Shown: piece by piece, positions 39,101 through 54,100 of the stretch
How the letters are laid out: each line of letters begins with the position of its first letter
How positions within the stretch are numbered: the first letter of the stretch is position 1
NCBI GenBank assembly: GCA_964234715.1
Contig: OZ174284.1
Length of the DNA: 64,000 bases
Source of the DNA: Podarcis melisellensis
Lineage: Eukaryota
Direction: 5' to 3' (one strand)
The notes under the pieces: model-generated
The model's database searches: none
What the model saw: the letters and a program-made list of their open reading frames with translations, nothing else
What the model was told of the DNA's origin: nothing
Program-made: the position numbers and the translations under genes

Positions 39101-42100
39101 CTTACAATGTGGTAATGAAAAACTGGATACGCTTCTGAAGATGAAGGCTCTCAACAGCAGTACTACAACCTCCCATCCTTCAATGTAAGGATCCATGTCT
39201 GAGGTTACAGTCCTTCCTTTTGGGATGAAGACACCAGGGAGACTAAAGTGAGTCTAAGGAAACTTGGAGGGTTCCACATTTACCTGGCCCAGATTGTCGA
39301 AGTTGTATTTGTGATGGACCCACTTGTAATTGGCAGCCATGCAGTCAGACCTATTGGTGATGTTTCGGGTGTCCACGCCCAGACAGTGGTAGAACTTCCC
39401 CTTGAACAGCTGCAAGAAGAAACCACTTTGTCAGAGATTTTGCTGTTAGGAATGGAGGGTGGTCTCCTGAGTTTGGTTACGAGTCAAGGCAACTTGCTCC
39501 TCTCGGTCACTGACTGCCACCTGGTTTAAGGCCCATTGTGAACTGAGAGTCATTAACCCCCTGACACCCATTTGGAAGTAGGTAAATGAGAAAGTAGCTG
39601 AATGGGGACTAGCAGAAGCAAAATGCCCCCAATTCTATTCCCCAGGCCAGTCTAGAGTTATTCTGTTCCAAATTGTTACTGGGTTTGCTGAATGCGAGCA
39701 TACTGCTCCCATGAATTAAATACTCGGAAAATATCCCCTACTTCTCAGACATTTCAACATAAATTTACTCGGTGGTGACTTAAAAAAAATCTGTTGCCCC
39801 AGTTCCCTTTCCCATATGGCAGGGATTGGATTGTGCATTTGGAAAATCTCAGGGTGACTTCACACGTTACAGGAAGCTCATCTGCTTTCTAGCACTTCCC
39901 GTACATGATGAAACTGCCATCCCTACATACAGATTAAGTATAGCACATTCTTCCAAATGATAGAAGCACTACCCACTCCAGCAGACCTCTGCAGTAGGAG
40001 CCTAAAATAAAAGAGAACGTCACTACTTTCTTCTTCAAATAGTCGTGGGTGGATCCAGTGCTTGGAATGTGGGGGAAAGTCAGGAATTAACGGAAAACAC
40101 TTTTTTGTAATAAAACAGCAGGTAGATATCTGCGCTCTCAAGCATTTCAGTTTGGACCAGCAGCCAACATGCCATTTCAGCATTGGGTCCTGAGGTCCAG
40201 CTGAATCTTACTGTAGCCCTGAACACCAGCCTTGCACTCTTATTATTTTGAAATGCATTCCTTCCAGCTATCACATTAGAACTGGACCAAAGTGGGAGTG
40301 TGAAACAGTGAATATGACCCCTCCTCTATTTTTTTATTAAATCTCGAAAAATATTCCAAAATATTTATTCTCATAAACAAAATGTTTTTCCCTAATATAA
40401 ATTCCTTCTTGACTTCCCACCCCTCCTTTCCTGATGTTTGTTTTTTACTTCTTTTTAGTAGTGAAAATGACATCTCAAGCTCATCCAAATAGGTTCTTGC
40501 TTTCTCTGTGCCTGCATTCTCAGGGATGAGCTGGGAGCCTGCCTAACATTCCTCTTCTTCCAGACCTTTGGCCAATTAAACAAATTATGGCCTTTTAAAC
40601 TGTGTAGGATATTATTTTTTGTTTGTTTGAAAGACACAGGAACCAGAGTGGTGTAGTAGCTGCAATGTTGGACTAGGACCTAGGCGACGCGGGTTCAAAT
40701 CCCTCCTCAACCATAAAACTCAATTGGGTGACCTTGGGCCAGTCACACTCTCTCAGCCTGACCTACCTCACAGGGTTGCTGTGAGGGTAAAATGGGGAAG
40801 AAGAGAACCATGTATTAACAACAGTACCTGCACACCAAGAATGCCGAAGATGATGAAGAAAGCACAGCAAATGAGGACGATGTTTCCAATGGGCTTGAGT
40901 GATGAAATGAGTGTCTCGACCACAAGCTTCAGGCCCGGCGCACGACTTATAACCCTGAAAAAGAAGCACTGTGAGGAGCAACAATAAGGGAGACGTAGAA
41001 CAGAGAAGCTTTTCTCAATGCTTTACGAAGAGCTTCTCTAAAAAGTATCACGGCACAGCTGCTTGCCCCATAAAGCAACACGGCAGATTTCCAGCAAGGG
41101 CATCAATTCATCCCCATATATGTATTTTTGTACACATTACATGGCTGGACAATTGCATTACAACATTAAGAGCAATGAAAATTTCGAAGAACAGCTGTGC
41201 TTTGGTTTGCATATTGCTTTTGAAAGTGCAAATTAGGTACCTAAATGCAAACTCAAGTCTAAATTCTCCCCCATCGCTACTGTCAAAACTGACTCTGGAT
41301 ACATATACACCCATTCCCTGCCTCTATGCTTTTTTTTTTTAATTAATTTTTATTCAAATTTCCAATAACCATTCCATTTATAATTTAACATCCAATTTAA
41401 CTTATACATCTTTTAGACTTCCATCAGCCTATCTGACAATTTTCATATTTATCACAACTTCTCACATTTCCTAAATTTATGTTGCACTTTAACAATCCTT
41501 ATTTTATCTTCTCTTTTAAGCGACATTCCTATCTATTCTTTTCACAGAGCTTCCTGAAATCCAACAAGCGTTATTTCCTGATCACACACAGTTTAGATAC
41601 ACTCTGTAAATTTATTCCAGTCCTCGGTGAATCTCTGATCGCCTTGGTTTCGAATTTTCCCCGTTAATTTGTCCATTTCTGCATATTCCATCAGTTTCAT
41701 TCTCCATTCTTCCCTCGTTGGCATTTCTTCCTGTTTCCTGCTTGTTCTTTCCTATTTTGATCGGCCTTGTCATCACAGACTGTATCTAAGATGCCCTGAG
41801 CTCTTGACCCTTCTTATTGCCCTTTCCAAAACCTTTATCATGGCAAAACATCTGGGAGTCCACACAAGCTTTCCCTGGGTGTTCAGAAGCAGGGTCCTTA
41901 CAAAAGAAAGGAGGAGGGAGACTAGCCTTTTGGATCTCACCTAAGAGGGCGTAAAGTACGCAGCAGCCGGAGGACTCGCAGCACGCCCAGAATTTTGGCT
42001 CCACCAGCAGAGGCTACCGAAACCACAATATCAATGATGGACACGAACACCAAGAAGCCATCCAGGATATTCCAGCTACTGCGGAGATAGGCCTGCTCCC

Positions 42101-45100
42101 CAAAATATAAGCCAAGGGAGACTACCTAGGGGAGATGAGAGAATGTATGAGTGTGGAGAATGTGATAGTCAAGCAGTAACGCTGAGCTACACTCCTGGAA
42201 CTACTACACAGTGCAGATACTTGAGGGTTTCACCTGGGTACAGAATTCTTGATGGGAACAGGCATGGGGTTAATGCAAAGCTGATCACAGACGCTGATAT
42301 AATGCTTGGCTCTCTTCTAATAAAAACAAGAACAACCAAAACTCTGGGGAATAAAAAATGGACAGGAGGGCCTGATTTCACCTCTAACAAATATCTTTTT
42401 TAAAAAGCTGCTAATAGCCACCAAGGCCCTGATGATCTCCTTGCTGCTGCTGCTTATACTATATACAAATCCCTTCATCACCACAGAGATAATTTCAAGT
42501 TTTGGAGTTCTGAGATTTGGAAATGAAAGGGTTTTAATCAGTGCTTTTTTCTGGGGGTATGCATACCCCTAAACATTTTATGAAACTTTGTACTTTTGTC
42601 CATTTAATGTATTCATTTTCCCCAATTTGAACTATAAAATGGTGATTTTCTTGAGTCAAAATGAGAGTACCCCTAAGCATTTTTTTAAAGAAAAAAAAAA
42701 GCACTGGTTTTAATTCTCCGTACTCCCTATCATGCCAGCCTGTGGGAAGCAATTGTACAAATATGACCAGCAAGAAATATGGCCACACTGAATATTTACT
42801 CATTTGGGGTGTGTGTGTGTGTGTGAATGTACTGGATCCTTTCTTTGGAGGAGGGAAGAAATGTTTATTTGGAAAAAAAACACAACCCCTGAAATCACTT
42901 TCAAAGTGCTGCCATTATTTGCCCCACCGTCTGTCTCTTGGGTGCTATTCTCATTGCTCCCCACCCTGGGTTCTCTCTTTTCTAAAGTTACCCTAGCCAG
43001 CCAGGGGTCATGCAGTGACATTGATGCTGAAATGCTTCACAGCTCATCAGATTCTGCTAAGTGCTGATATCATCATAGGCAAACAAAGCCTATTGGATGG
43101 TGCTCTGAATAGACAAAGAACTGCTGCCCTATTTGCAGCAATATATGTACATTCACCAAAAGGGCGTCTGCTCTCTTTCAACTCTGACAAATATATTTGT
43201 GAAAATGGCACCCCTTTGTACCTTACCCGTCGCCCCCCTCCCAAATGGTATGTTTGCCTCCCTGGCAGACTTGGAAGGGGCTAGTTGGGTCAGTGAAATG
43301 GGGACGGCTTGGTAGCTGTCAATGAGTGACTTACTTTCAGCGTCATCTCAGCAACGAAGATCGCTGTGAAGATGTAATTGGATACCGTAAGGAAGATTCT
43401 CTCCTGGAATAATCAAAGGCAGCCTCAGAATATATCTAGCAAGAGCTCTGCAGTTTGAGTCATTGCAACGAGCTTGGCAAATCCTACTTGGTTGCTAAGA
43501 GTCAGGTGGATCTAAAAGTCTAGGGTACTTTAAGGTCAGCTGCCAAAAGCATCCCCCTACCCAACATCTCAAGTACATTATAATATGCTGCCGTCCTTCC
43601 TAGTCTACTGTTGTGGCCCAATCATTTCCTAGTGGATGTGGTAGAAATAAAAAATTAATGTGAACAGGCCAGCGACTGAGGTTTTCTTTTCATTTACATT
43701 CACAAATACCTAAAAAAAGAGATACAAACACAGCTAAGGGCATGGTCACATAGCCAGTTACACTGCACCCAGTGCACTCCCACTGCTAGTTTTAGAAGTC
43801 ACATTCCCATGACATGAGCCACAATCCATGCTGACCCTATACTTTGTTGACAAATACTGCTATTTGATGCGTCTCCTCCTCAAAGCAGCTTCAATTTGAC
43901 TAGAAAACTAGATGCAGAGTTAGCAGTCATGTGACCACGCCCTAATAGCCATTGTGCATGCACAGATAACAGCTTCATAAATGGGAGTTCTGGGGGAGGG
44001 GGGTTGCAGGGGTGAGGAAACCAAACAGGTTGTGCCCCATCCTGTCTCTGTGCAAATGCAGCTTAAAACGCAGCAGGGGGGAAATGAAGCTGCTGCATTC
44101 TGAGCCACAGTTGTGAACATGCCCCCCACTTGTGAACTGTTACACCACTGAATAGAATCCTCATGTAGATGGTGCTCATAGCAATCACATCAAGTATGTG
44201 GCTCTTCTGTGGTTGTGGCAAACTGTTCACAGAACATAGGAAACTGCCTTATAACAGCAACATATATAGATGTTCATTTGGCCCAGCAGCAGCTCTCCCA
44301 GGTCTCAAGCAGAAGACCTTCTCATTACTTGCCAGGTGAGCCTTTTAACTAGAGATGTCAAGAATTGAGTTTGGAGCCTTCTGCATTCAAAGTGTGTCCT
44401 CTGTCACTAAGCTATGGTTCCCCCCACGACCGGGCACAACACTGGACTGTCCCTGCAAACCCACCTAGACCTACATTTGCAGAAGGGAGGCTTGTTCACA
44501 CAGTTTGCCATGAGCTGGAAAGTGCTGCCTGCTATGTGCCCAAGGTTCATAAGTGGAATTTCGCAAGCCTCGTCTCAGGAATGTGAAAACAGTCTTCAGT
44601 GTGCATGTTCTCCTGATTATACATTTAAAAGCTAATCCCCAAAGCACACAGATAAATCATCTTATCTAACTTTCATCTTCAGTGTTGTCATGTACACAAT
44701 GAGCTTCCCTCTTATTGGCAGGTGTATAGATTTCCAATACATGAGAAAGATATGTGTTTTCCTCATTTTTCACTATCATTGGCTGCTGTTCTAGTAATGT
44801 ACCGTATTTTTCGCCCTATAGGACGCACTTTTTCCCCTCCAAAAATGAAGGGGAAATGTGTATGCATCCTATGGGGCGAATGCAGGCTTTCGCTGAAGCC
44901 TGGAGAGCAAGAGGGGTTGGTGCGCACCAACCCCTCTCGCTCTCCAGGCTTCAGGAAGCTATCCACAAGCCTTGGGAGCTCCACGGGAGTTCCCGTGGGG
45001 CTCCCAAGGCTTGCGGTTAGCAGCCTCCAAACCTGACCTGGTTTGGAGGCTGGCGGTGGGGAAAGCAGCGCTTCTCCCCACCGCCAGCCCCACAAGCTCG

Positions 45101-48100
45101 GGGGACAGTGGGGAGGTGGAGAGCGCCTTCCCGCTGTTCCCCGACCTGGTTTGGAGGCTAGCAGTGGGGAAAGCAGCGCTTTTCCCCACCGCCAGCCCCA
45201 CAAGCTCGGGGGACAGCAGGGAGGCAGAGCGCGCCTTCCCGCTGTTCCCCGACCTGGTTTGGAGGTTGGCGGTGGGAGCTGCCTGCATCCCGAAGCCTGG
45301 AGCGCGCTGAGCCACGCGCCCCGGGCTTCGGGAAGATATCCACAAGCCTGGGGAGACCAGCGCGACTTCCCACCGGGCTCCCTAGGCTTGCGGATAGCAG
45401 CCTGTTCTGGGGGCTAGGGTCGGGGGAAGCCCGGGTTTCACCCGCTCCAGCCCTGCGCCTGGGGGGGGTGTAATTTTTTTTCTTTATTCCCCCCCCCCCA
45501 AAATGAGGTGCGCCCTATGGGCCGGCGCGCCCTATGGGGCGAAAAATACAGTAAGGAAGTACCATTCTGAAGTTTTAGATAGGAAGCGTTTTCTTCACAT
45601 AGAATATATTGTCAAGGATTTCATCTGAATGGCTAAAGTATTTTACAAGCATATGCTCTTTTATGTCACACACATTTATCTAAAATAGATATTCTGACAC
45701 TTACTAACACAGATAAGAAACATCATCACTCTAACTCAGGACAGGGGGCCCTTTTCAGGCAGAGTGCCAAATTACCCTGGTAAAAAGGTGTTTAGGGCTG
45801 CATACTAGTAGTGGCAGGCCCAAGCTCACACATGCAATCACACATATACAAAGCTGCTTCCACTGGAAACAGAGGCATACATTTAATTCTTAGTAAAACT
45901 AGTCAAGTTCCATTTTCCATTTCCTCCATAGACTTGTTTTACCAAGTTTGTAAAACAAAAAAACAAAAAACAAAAAACCCCACACTCTCCAACATCCTTT
46001 CTATGTCCTAATTGTGCAAAAGGTAAAAAGAACTCTGCTCCCCTAAGATTCTATGGTCCATCTGAACAGGTTATAGTACTCACTGTGCTTCTCTGTTCAA
46101 TCTGTGGTCTCTCCAGGGCAATAGTGATGCAGTTCAGGAAAATGAAGGCCAGGACAATGTAATCAAACAACTTATGGGCGATGATAGTTTGACAGAGGAT
46201 ACGAAATCTGAAAGACAGTTCACTTGTTTGTGAAGTGCATATGTTTCTAAGGGATGATAGGGGTAGTGAGAAGGTTTGGGGGAATTGGAAGATGATAAAA
46301 TTACTCCCTGAAACTTTAGCTGTTAAACCTCCTGTTCAAAATTCGTTTGGTTCCACTTGAAGACTGTGCAACTGATTTAATTAGTATTGCCTCATGGCAA
46401 ACTTTTAGAATCTCTCATTTTATTAATAATAAATAGTAGTAAATTTTAGAGCTGGGATAACTTCCTCTGCTGCTATAAGCTTTGCAAAATAATGCAGAAT
46501 GTATTGTGAAAAGAAGATACAGTAGTGCAACATTGCTAAAAAAAATACATCATGGTGTATGTCTGATAATGTAATGCAGGCATCAGCAAACTTTTTCCGC
46601 AGGGGGCCGGTCCACTGTCCCTCAGATCTTGTGGGGGGCCGGACTATATTTTTTTTGGGGGGGGGGGGATGAAGGAATTCCTATGCCTCACAAATAACCC
46701 AGAGAGGCATTTTAAATAAAAGCACACATTTTACTCATGTAAAAACACGCTAATTCCCAGACCGTCCGTGGGCCGGATTTAGAATGCGATTGGGCCAGAT
46801 CCGGCCCACGGGCCTTAGTTTGCCTACCCATGATGTTATTCATAAACCAACCATGTGCTCTAAAAGATGTGCAGGTGTGACTGAAGGTAAATGCAAAAAA
46901 TTCAAGGCAGCGTGGTAGTATCACACCCCAATTTGCCCATCCCTCACAAACATAAGCAAAAGTAAAGGACACATACCTGTTTTGTGGTGAGAAAAGGTAG
47001 ATGGACCAGTCTTCACGCAACTCACACCAGTCTGGCTTGTAGGCCTCTATCATCTTTTTGATACGGAAACACAGGCTCTGTGAAAAGCGAGGCAGAGCAT
47101 CAGAAGTTGCCGCCTTCTTCACTTTCCCCATATGAGCAAGACTCCTTTAACGCCTTGCATACCAAAAACTGAGACACCTTACAGGTTCTTCATCTATATG
47201 GATCATTCACTACCCACCATGCCCCATGCAGGGTAAGAAAATGACTTGAAATCACAGCTGTGGGAGACGATGATGGCATGGTCAGAGCGTTCAGAAGTTT
47301 CTCTCTGATCTGACATAAAACTGAAGGGCTGAAAAGAGAACTTCAAGGTCATCAGAGCCAACTGCAAGCACCATGGCAGGATTAATGAACTAATTTACCT
47401 CCTAGAAAGTAGAGAATCAGCACTGCCATTCTTACTTAGACTGAAAGCTTTGCTGATTGGGCAACACTTAAAATTACTAACAGCCATGGGCTACTGAAAC
47501 AGCTCAGAGCATTGCCTTCTACCGAGAAAACCCCCAAATGCCCCTTATTGATACTGACATTTCACACCTGGTGAAATCCAGTGAGTTCCTTAGAGAGAGA
47601 ATTTTATGTAGCAGAGACTGAATCCTGAGCACCCTTACTTGGGTGTTGGGAGTAAGTCTCGGGGAATCAGACTCAATTTGAAGTAACATTGCATAAAGTT
47701 CACAGTATTTTTTCAAACATTGGCTACATCAGAGGTTTGTGCATTCTTACTAATATTGCCTATTCCATAAGTAATAGAGAGACACAGTTAGAGGCATGCA
47801 GGTATCCATGGGGATGTTCCTAATGCCAAAAATATAAAGGAGAGTCTGAGATGTAGTATAAGAGGAAATATTCTACTAACACATCTGGAATTTCAGACAA
47901 GACTCAGGCTAAGGACAGGGCTTCAGATAGATACACGTAAAGCCTAATCACTGCTGATCTTTAAAAAACAAGAAAACCTATGAAGATTGATAGGATTCTG
48001 CTGTACTTGTGGGTGGGATTTTTAGCTGTTCTTGGTGTATGACAGAGATTGAATTTTCATGTCTTGTAAGCTGCCTTGCGTGGGCAGTGTGCCCTGAAAG

Positions 48101-51100
48101 GTGGTAGAAGCACTCTGAAACCAATTAAATAATGCCAGAAGAGTCTATGGCTTGGGAAATCTGGGGAACCATAGAGTTCTATAGAGTTCTTCAAAAGCTG
48201 ATCACTCTTCAATGAGATCAGAATGGGCAAATCTTCCTGGAAGATAGCTCACTCACCACTAGGGAAGGGCAAATGTCTCAATTTTTGTCTCTCTGTTTCT
48301 ATTTTTTTCTGTTGTCAAATTCAGTTCTCCACATTTCTGTATCAGTTTGTGATTTTTGTAAAAAATATATATATCGTGAAAACTGATCAGCATTCTAATG
48401 CAAATTTCTCCTAACATACATGTGCTGGTATAAAATTTTGCCTGATATACACATTCCAATAGGCAATTTTCCTGAGTAGAATGCGTTTTCATACGGTATT
48501 TTCACTAATATATGCATTCTTATGCACATCTTTACCTACTATTTCCTTCCTTGGTATGCATTATTTAATTGAAGAAGTGCAACACAAAGTCACAGAACAC
48601 AGTGTTCTTTTCAGAGAACATGACATGAAAAGCATTTCATGGGAGGAGAAGTTTTGGAAAGGGTTCTCTTAGAGCTTCACTGTGATCTCTCTTTGCACAG
48701 TACAGGCAGGAAGTTCTGGGCTGGTCCAGCTCACCCTCTGCTATGATGGCTCTCCTCAACTTTACAAAGCCCTAGTGCCCCTTTAGTGGAGGAAGCAACT
48801 ACTTACATAGTCTATCTCCTCCTCGTCTTCTCCATGGTCTTTGCGGTTGTTCATTTCTGGGAACATATCCTTAGCAATGTTGGGCATTTTGCCATTGCAG
48901 TTTTGGTGCTCACTGGGCCCTGTGGTCACACCCATTTTCCGCAAAGGCCTGTGATTGGATAGGACCGTGGGTGCCAACTCCACCAGTTCAGAGGAGCCTT
49001 TGGTGTCCAAGGAGAGGGTTCGCCGATGGTGGTGAACTCTTACTAGCCCTTCCTGTTCACCCTCTGATGCCCTGTGTCGTTCCCCGGATAAGAGGGACTC
49101 GTGCTCAGCTGAAGGAGGCTTGTGCTTGAGGCTGTGTCCCCGGGCGAGGCTGTTCCAGCTGGAGCGGCGGCTCCCCCAGCCCCCAGTCCGGCTCCAGGCA
49201 CCGTAATGAGAACTACGAGAGCTAGACTGCAATAAATCCAAGAAGAGGGTTCAGCGCCCCCACCCAAATAGGAAAGCAGCACAAGTCAACATCCTCAGCC
49301 ATTTATTTATTCAGAATGTTTTCATTAGGAAAATCACATGAGGCAGTTCAGAATCAGCACAGATCATTAAAATTACAATGGAACAATAACTTACTTCAGA
49401 CTAGTTGCTTTTACTTCAAGCTCTTTTAACTGTAAATTAGAGGTATATGGTTTTGGCTTGGTCATCGTAATAACTAAATCACACCCAACCACCCAGCACT
49501 ACTCTTATCCATTTCCATAGGGCTGGAAGGGAAATGGATCTTGCACATTCTAACAGTGGGGACAACGAGTTCTGGAAAACCATGGGTGATGTGGAGCAGA
49601 AATTCATGGAAGATACAGCTTTCAATGGCTACTAGTTAGGATGGCTATAGATTATCTACAGGACCAGATGCAACATGTCTCTGGATGCCAGTCACTAGGG
49701 AACAGCAGGAGAATAGGGCTATCACTCCCTCAATCTGCTTATGGGCTTCTCAAAGACACCTGACTGGCCTCTGAAGGTAACAGGATGTTTTGGTCTGATC
49801 CAGCAGTGCTCTTCTTACATTTGAACTGAAGCTGGAGTTGGGATTAAGGTTTGAATTAAGAGAGATGTTGATTAAGCTATAGTACACATGCTCTGAATGT
49901 AGAAGAACTTATTCTCTGGTCCCATAAAGTAAACTATCTTATTCTCAGGTGTTAGGACTGGAAATCATTGTAGTATGTTGGCTTTAGGTAACATGTGCTA
50001 CACCTAGATTTAAATTCACCCACCAGAGACATCACACTGCTTTTCCTGGATTCGAGGGCCATGAGGACTTGGTCTGGCTGCAGAGTATTGCGGGAAGGGT
50101 TGGGAATTCCAGCAGCTGCTCCAGGCTGGTTGAGACATGGAAGGCTGGGGTCAAGATGTCCATTTGGGGTCATGGGAATTGCACAAAGCTTTGGATCTAA
50201 GCAGAAAAATGCAAAGGAAAGAGAGCAAAGGACATTCCGTTTTCCACCCAGAGAGCCCTTCGATAAATGCATTCACGTGCTTTCAGATATATAGTGAACT
50301 CGAAGGAACTGTGCTCATACATAAATTCCACATACATAGATTCAGACTTTGGCACTATCTCCATAGCAATGCCTCTAGGAAATAGGGAGAACAATATGGG
50401 AGAACAAAAAGTATCCTTCTTCTCCATCATCCAATAGCTTCTGCACTGACAGTGCTTCATACTTTTCCCATTAAATCTGGGAAACGTTCTCCTTGGGAGA
50501 AAGTAAAGCTTATTCTTTATTGCCCAAATGCTTAGCAAAGAAGATTCTTGCAGTAGGCACTCCACTACAGCAGCAGGAGAACTGATGCAGTAGCAATAGC
50601 TATCCTTAGTGTGAGCAGCTTAATATTCACATACATGGAAAGAAGCAAAACGGCAATGACTGATGATACCCCCCCTTCCTGCTTTCAAATCGAAGGCAGC
50701 TGTAGCTTTGTTCCTGCAGCAGGCACACATTACAAAAGGAGAATATAGTAAAAATGAGAGAAACCGATGAAGACATTAACCAATCTGTGACAAGCTGTTT
50801 TGTACCCTATGTTTGAGAGCCACCTCTGCGTCCCCAGACCAACACCAGCAAGTCTCTTTTCATTTGTATCTGGGAATCTATCTACTACCAGACATGTCTT
50901 GACTTCCCTGGAAGCAGAGCGCCTATTGAGCCATTTGGCCTTGGAAACCCGTCAGCAATATTAGGGGCTTTGAGGTTCTGAAGCAAGCAGACAACCAGTG
51001 AAGTTCCCTCCAGGTTGGGCACCCTACAAACCAACAGCAAATAAAAACTGAAGTCCAGAAGGAAAGGCAGAGATGTATCTTTAGAATGGTACACACTATT

Positions 51101-54100
51101 GGGTGCTGCCATATGGTAAAGAGAAAAGATCATTGCTCACAACACAAAGGTAAAATGCAATTTCTCTCTTCAAGTACCACTCCAATGTAGTAAGGGTGTC
51201 TGACTGGCGTGAATTTCCATGGTACGTTGCCCCCATCACTTTCTTTAAACCCCGGACTCCCAGCGAACTTCCCCCTCTTCACTGTGGTCCTTAGTAAGAA
51301 TACGCAGGCTTGTAACCGGCATTTACAGCTGTTTGTGTTGAGGGCAATTTGCAGTATTCTCAAAGAAGTGCAGAGGGCATTGCTTTGGCTATCACACAAA
51401 CAAAATTCTGCCATCCTGTCTTTTGGCTGATTTTACAGATGTTTGAATCCAACCTTTTGTCAAGTCAAATCAGTACCCACGGGGTATTTTACACAGATTT
51501 TTTATTTCCGTCTGATGTGCTTTGTGTGATTTGAACACTAGGGGTTTGATTGAAACTCAGTGTGGGAGCCCTGTTCCATCAGCAGCTTGAACATCTTCAT
51601 CATTGTTATCCTAGTTCCTATGAGGTCGAGTAGAAAAGCCAAGTATCCTGATTTCGCCAAGCCTGCCTAGGACATCACTGTTGCCTTTCAAAGAGAAATG
51701 GCAGGATCTGGGCCACAGCGTGTCCAAAAGGCATCAAAATCCTTTAGTAAAACATTGCAATAGCTTTGCCTTTTACTATTAGAAATGCAAATGCATTCAA
51801 ATTGTCCATTGCTGTGGACTCAGAGCACATTTGGGGTAGAGGAAGATGAAAAGGGAAAGCTGTAGCTCAGTGGTAGAGAAACTGCTTTGCATGCAGAAAG
51901 TCCTAGTTTGATCCCCAGTGTCTCCAGATATGGCTAAGACAGAGAATCCTGCCTGCAACTCTGGAGAGCCACTGTCAATCCAGTGTAGACATTACTGAAC
52001 TAAATGGACCAATGGTCTCACTCAGTATAAGGCAGCTTCTTATGTTCCTAAGGAGGGAACTTTCCAAGATGTTATGTTTTCACATATAAAAGCAGAGACC
52101 AACACAACTGTAAGTAGGATCCAAGATTATTCCGCTTTTACAAGGCAATCAAAAGTAAGACCTACTGAGATCAATGGGGATTACTCCCAGGTAAGTCACT
52201 ACGATTGCAGCCTAATTCAAAGTTGCAAGGTAGTTATGCTAATAAGCCAGAATTGCAGCCAATCTTGAGAAATAGGGAAAATGGGCAATATTAAGTAATA
52301 GACTTTATTTCGCTACTCTCATGAAAACCAATATGTTCACAAATTAGATTTCATGCAGCGGTTCTCACTGCAGTTATAGTCATGCAGAATTCCTATACCA
52401 CCTTCTCTTACCCGAGCCATCTTGGAATTTGTCAAACTCCTCATTGTTTGATGAACTCTGATCGTCATCTGAATATGACCGGTTAGCATCACCCTGCATT
52501 GGGAAAATAAAATCAAAGACCTGGGAATTGTGAGCATCCTGAGAGCAAAGGAGGTGCTTCCCTGTGATTCCAGCATTTTGTGGCTTCAGCTTGGTAGGGG
52601 ATTTCCAAGGCAAGGCAAACTACTTTATGGAAATCATTAGCTGACATGCCACTGCACAGAAGAGGCAACACCTTAGTGTCCAGGCCATGTAATGGCACAT
52701 GTCCTTGCTTTTCTTGCAGTTGCTTTGAAACCCACCCTCCGCAAACACGTTCCTTGGAAGATCACTGGACATGGGATGCCTCGCCACCCTTTCTAAGCCC
52801 TTCAGGCTATGTCCCCAACCAGCTATAGATGTGTGCCATACCCTCCCTGAAAGCAGCTACTGTAGCAACTCACCTCGGCCTGGAATCCCTCCACCAAGAT
52901 GGCCACCAGCAGATTGAACAGAACATAATTGCCAAATGTCATGAGAGCCACAAAGTAAAGAGATGCCCATGGAGAAGTTGAGGCCATGCCATTGTAGAGC
53001 ACAACATTCCAGTCCTCCTGAGTCAAGATCTGTAACACAGAACCCAAGCTTGCAAAGTCAAATCAAGAACAAAACATGCAGGCTGGAAAATACATTAACT
53101 GACAGGTAAAAAGTATCTAATTGGTTTTATCCTTTTCAGCCCGCTCATATGCATTAACTTTTTTCTGTTTTGGTCATGATATATCTTTTTTCCTGAGGAG
53201 ATGCATTGGCTGTGTTGTGCTGTTCCAATGCCACAAGCACTCTCTGAAATGTAGTGGGTTGTCATTTACAGTTTACTGTAGAGTAGCAGAAACACTGTGG
53301 ATCCCTTACCAGTGGGCCGAGCTGAGCTCACAATCATTAGTGGGTTGCAACTGATGGCATGGTGTTAAGCATAGCAGCAGGCCCACAAGCCTGATGGTTC
53401 AAATCCTATCCTTTCCCTTAATCACTCCTTGTTTCTTGGAAGACATGTCTCCTTCCCCTCCCCTTATTCCCTTTTCCTATTTCTTGGTCTCACCTGGAAC
53501 ACTGTGACAATAGCCCAAAGTAGGGAGTCAAAATTCTTCCGGTCAGGGACTGTGTCTCCTGTGTCAGTCCTGAGGCTGAATTTGCACCCAAAGATGTGCA
53601 TTCCCAGGATGCTGTTGGAAAGAACAGTTTTTTAATTTTTAAATCAACACATTTCTGATGTAATTTTCATTATTAAAATGTTCTTATTTATTTACCACAT
53701 ATGTATCCTATCCTTCTACTAAAGAAACTAGGGCAATACATATATGGCTTGTCACAGGACCCAGAGCTCTGCCTCCTCACCCCCAGAAGAAGAGGTCACG
53801 GATATAGGGGACAGAAGGATTTGCCCTCAGAACCAGCCTTTGGTGTCCCTACCTCACTGGGAATTCTAGCACCAGGAGAACCTGTCATGCCAGTGCCTCT
53901 CTGGCTGGAAGAGGCTGCCCTGCCTTCCTCAGACTCGTTTGGAGGCTGTAGCAGAATCCCAGACTCCACCATATTGCTGGGTCATGGGCCATTTGCAACT
54001 TAGATTACTAGTTCTAATCCCATTTATCCCAGGCTCGTTCACCGTGAATTTGTTTTCCTTATTATTCAGGGGGAAAATGCTCTGTCTGTTGTTAACCCTG

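Noticed and set aside
45035-45300. Regularly spaced palindromic repeats that superficially resemble CRISPR
   Set aside because: Whole units repeat with no unique spacers, there are no cas genes, and the context is a vertebrate intron
44722-45417. Cluster of overlapping 70-146 aa ORFs on both strands
   Set aside because: Explained by a GC-rich 108-bp tandem repeat inside a non-autonomous transposon; no transposase motifs
51853-51930. tRNA-like sequence
   Set aside because: It is the head of a SINE with a degenerate B box and a LINE-derived tail, not a tRNA gene
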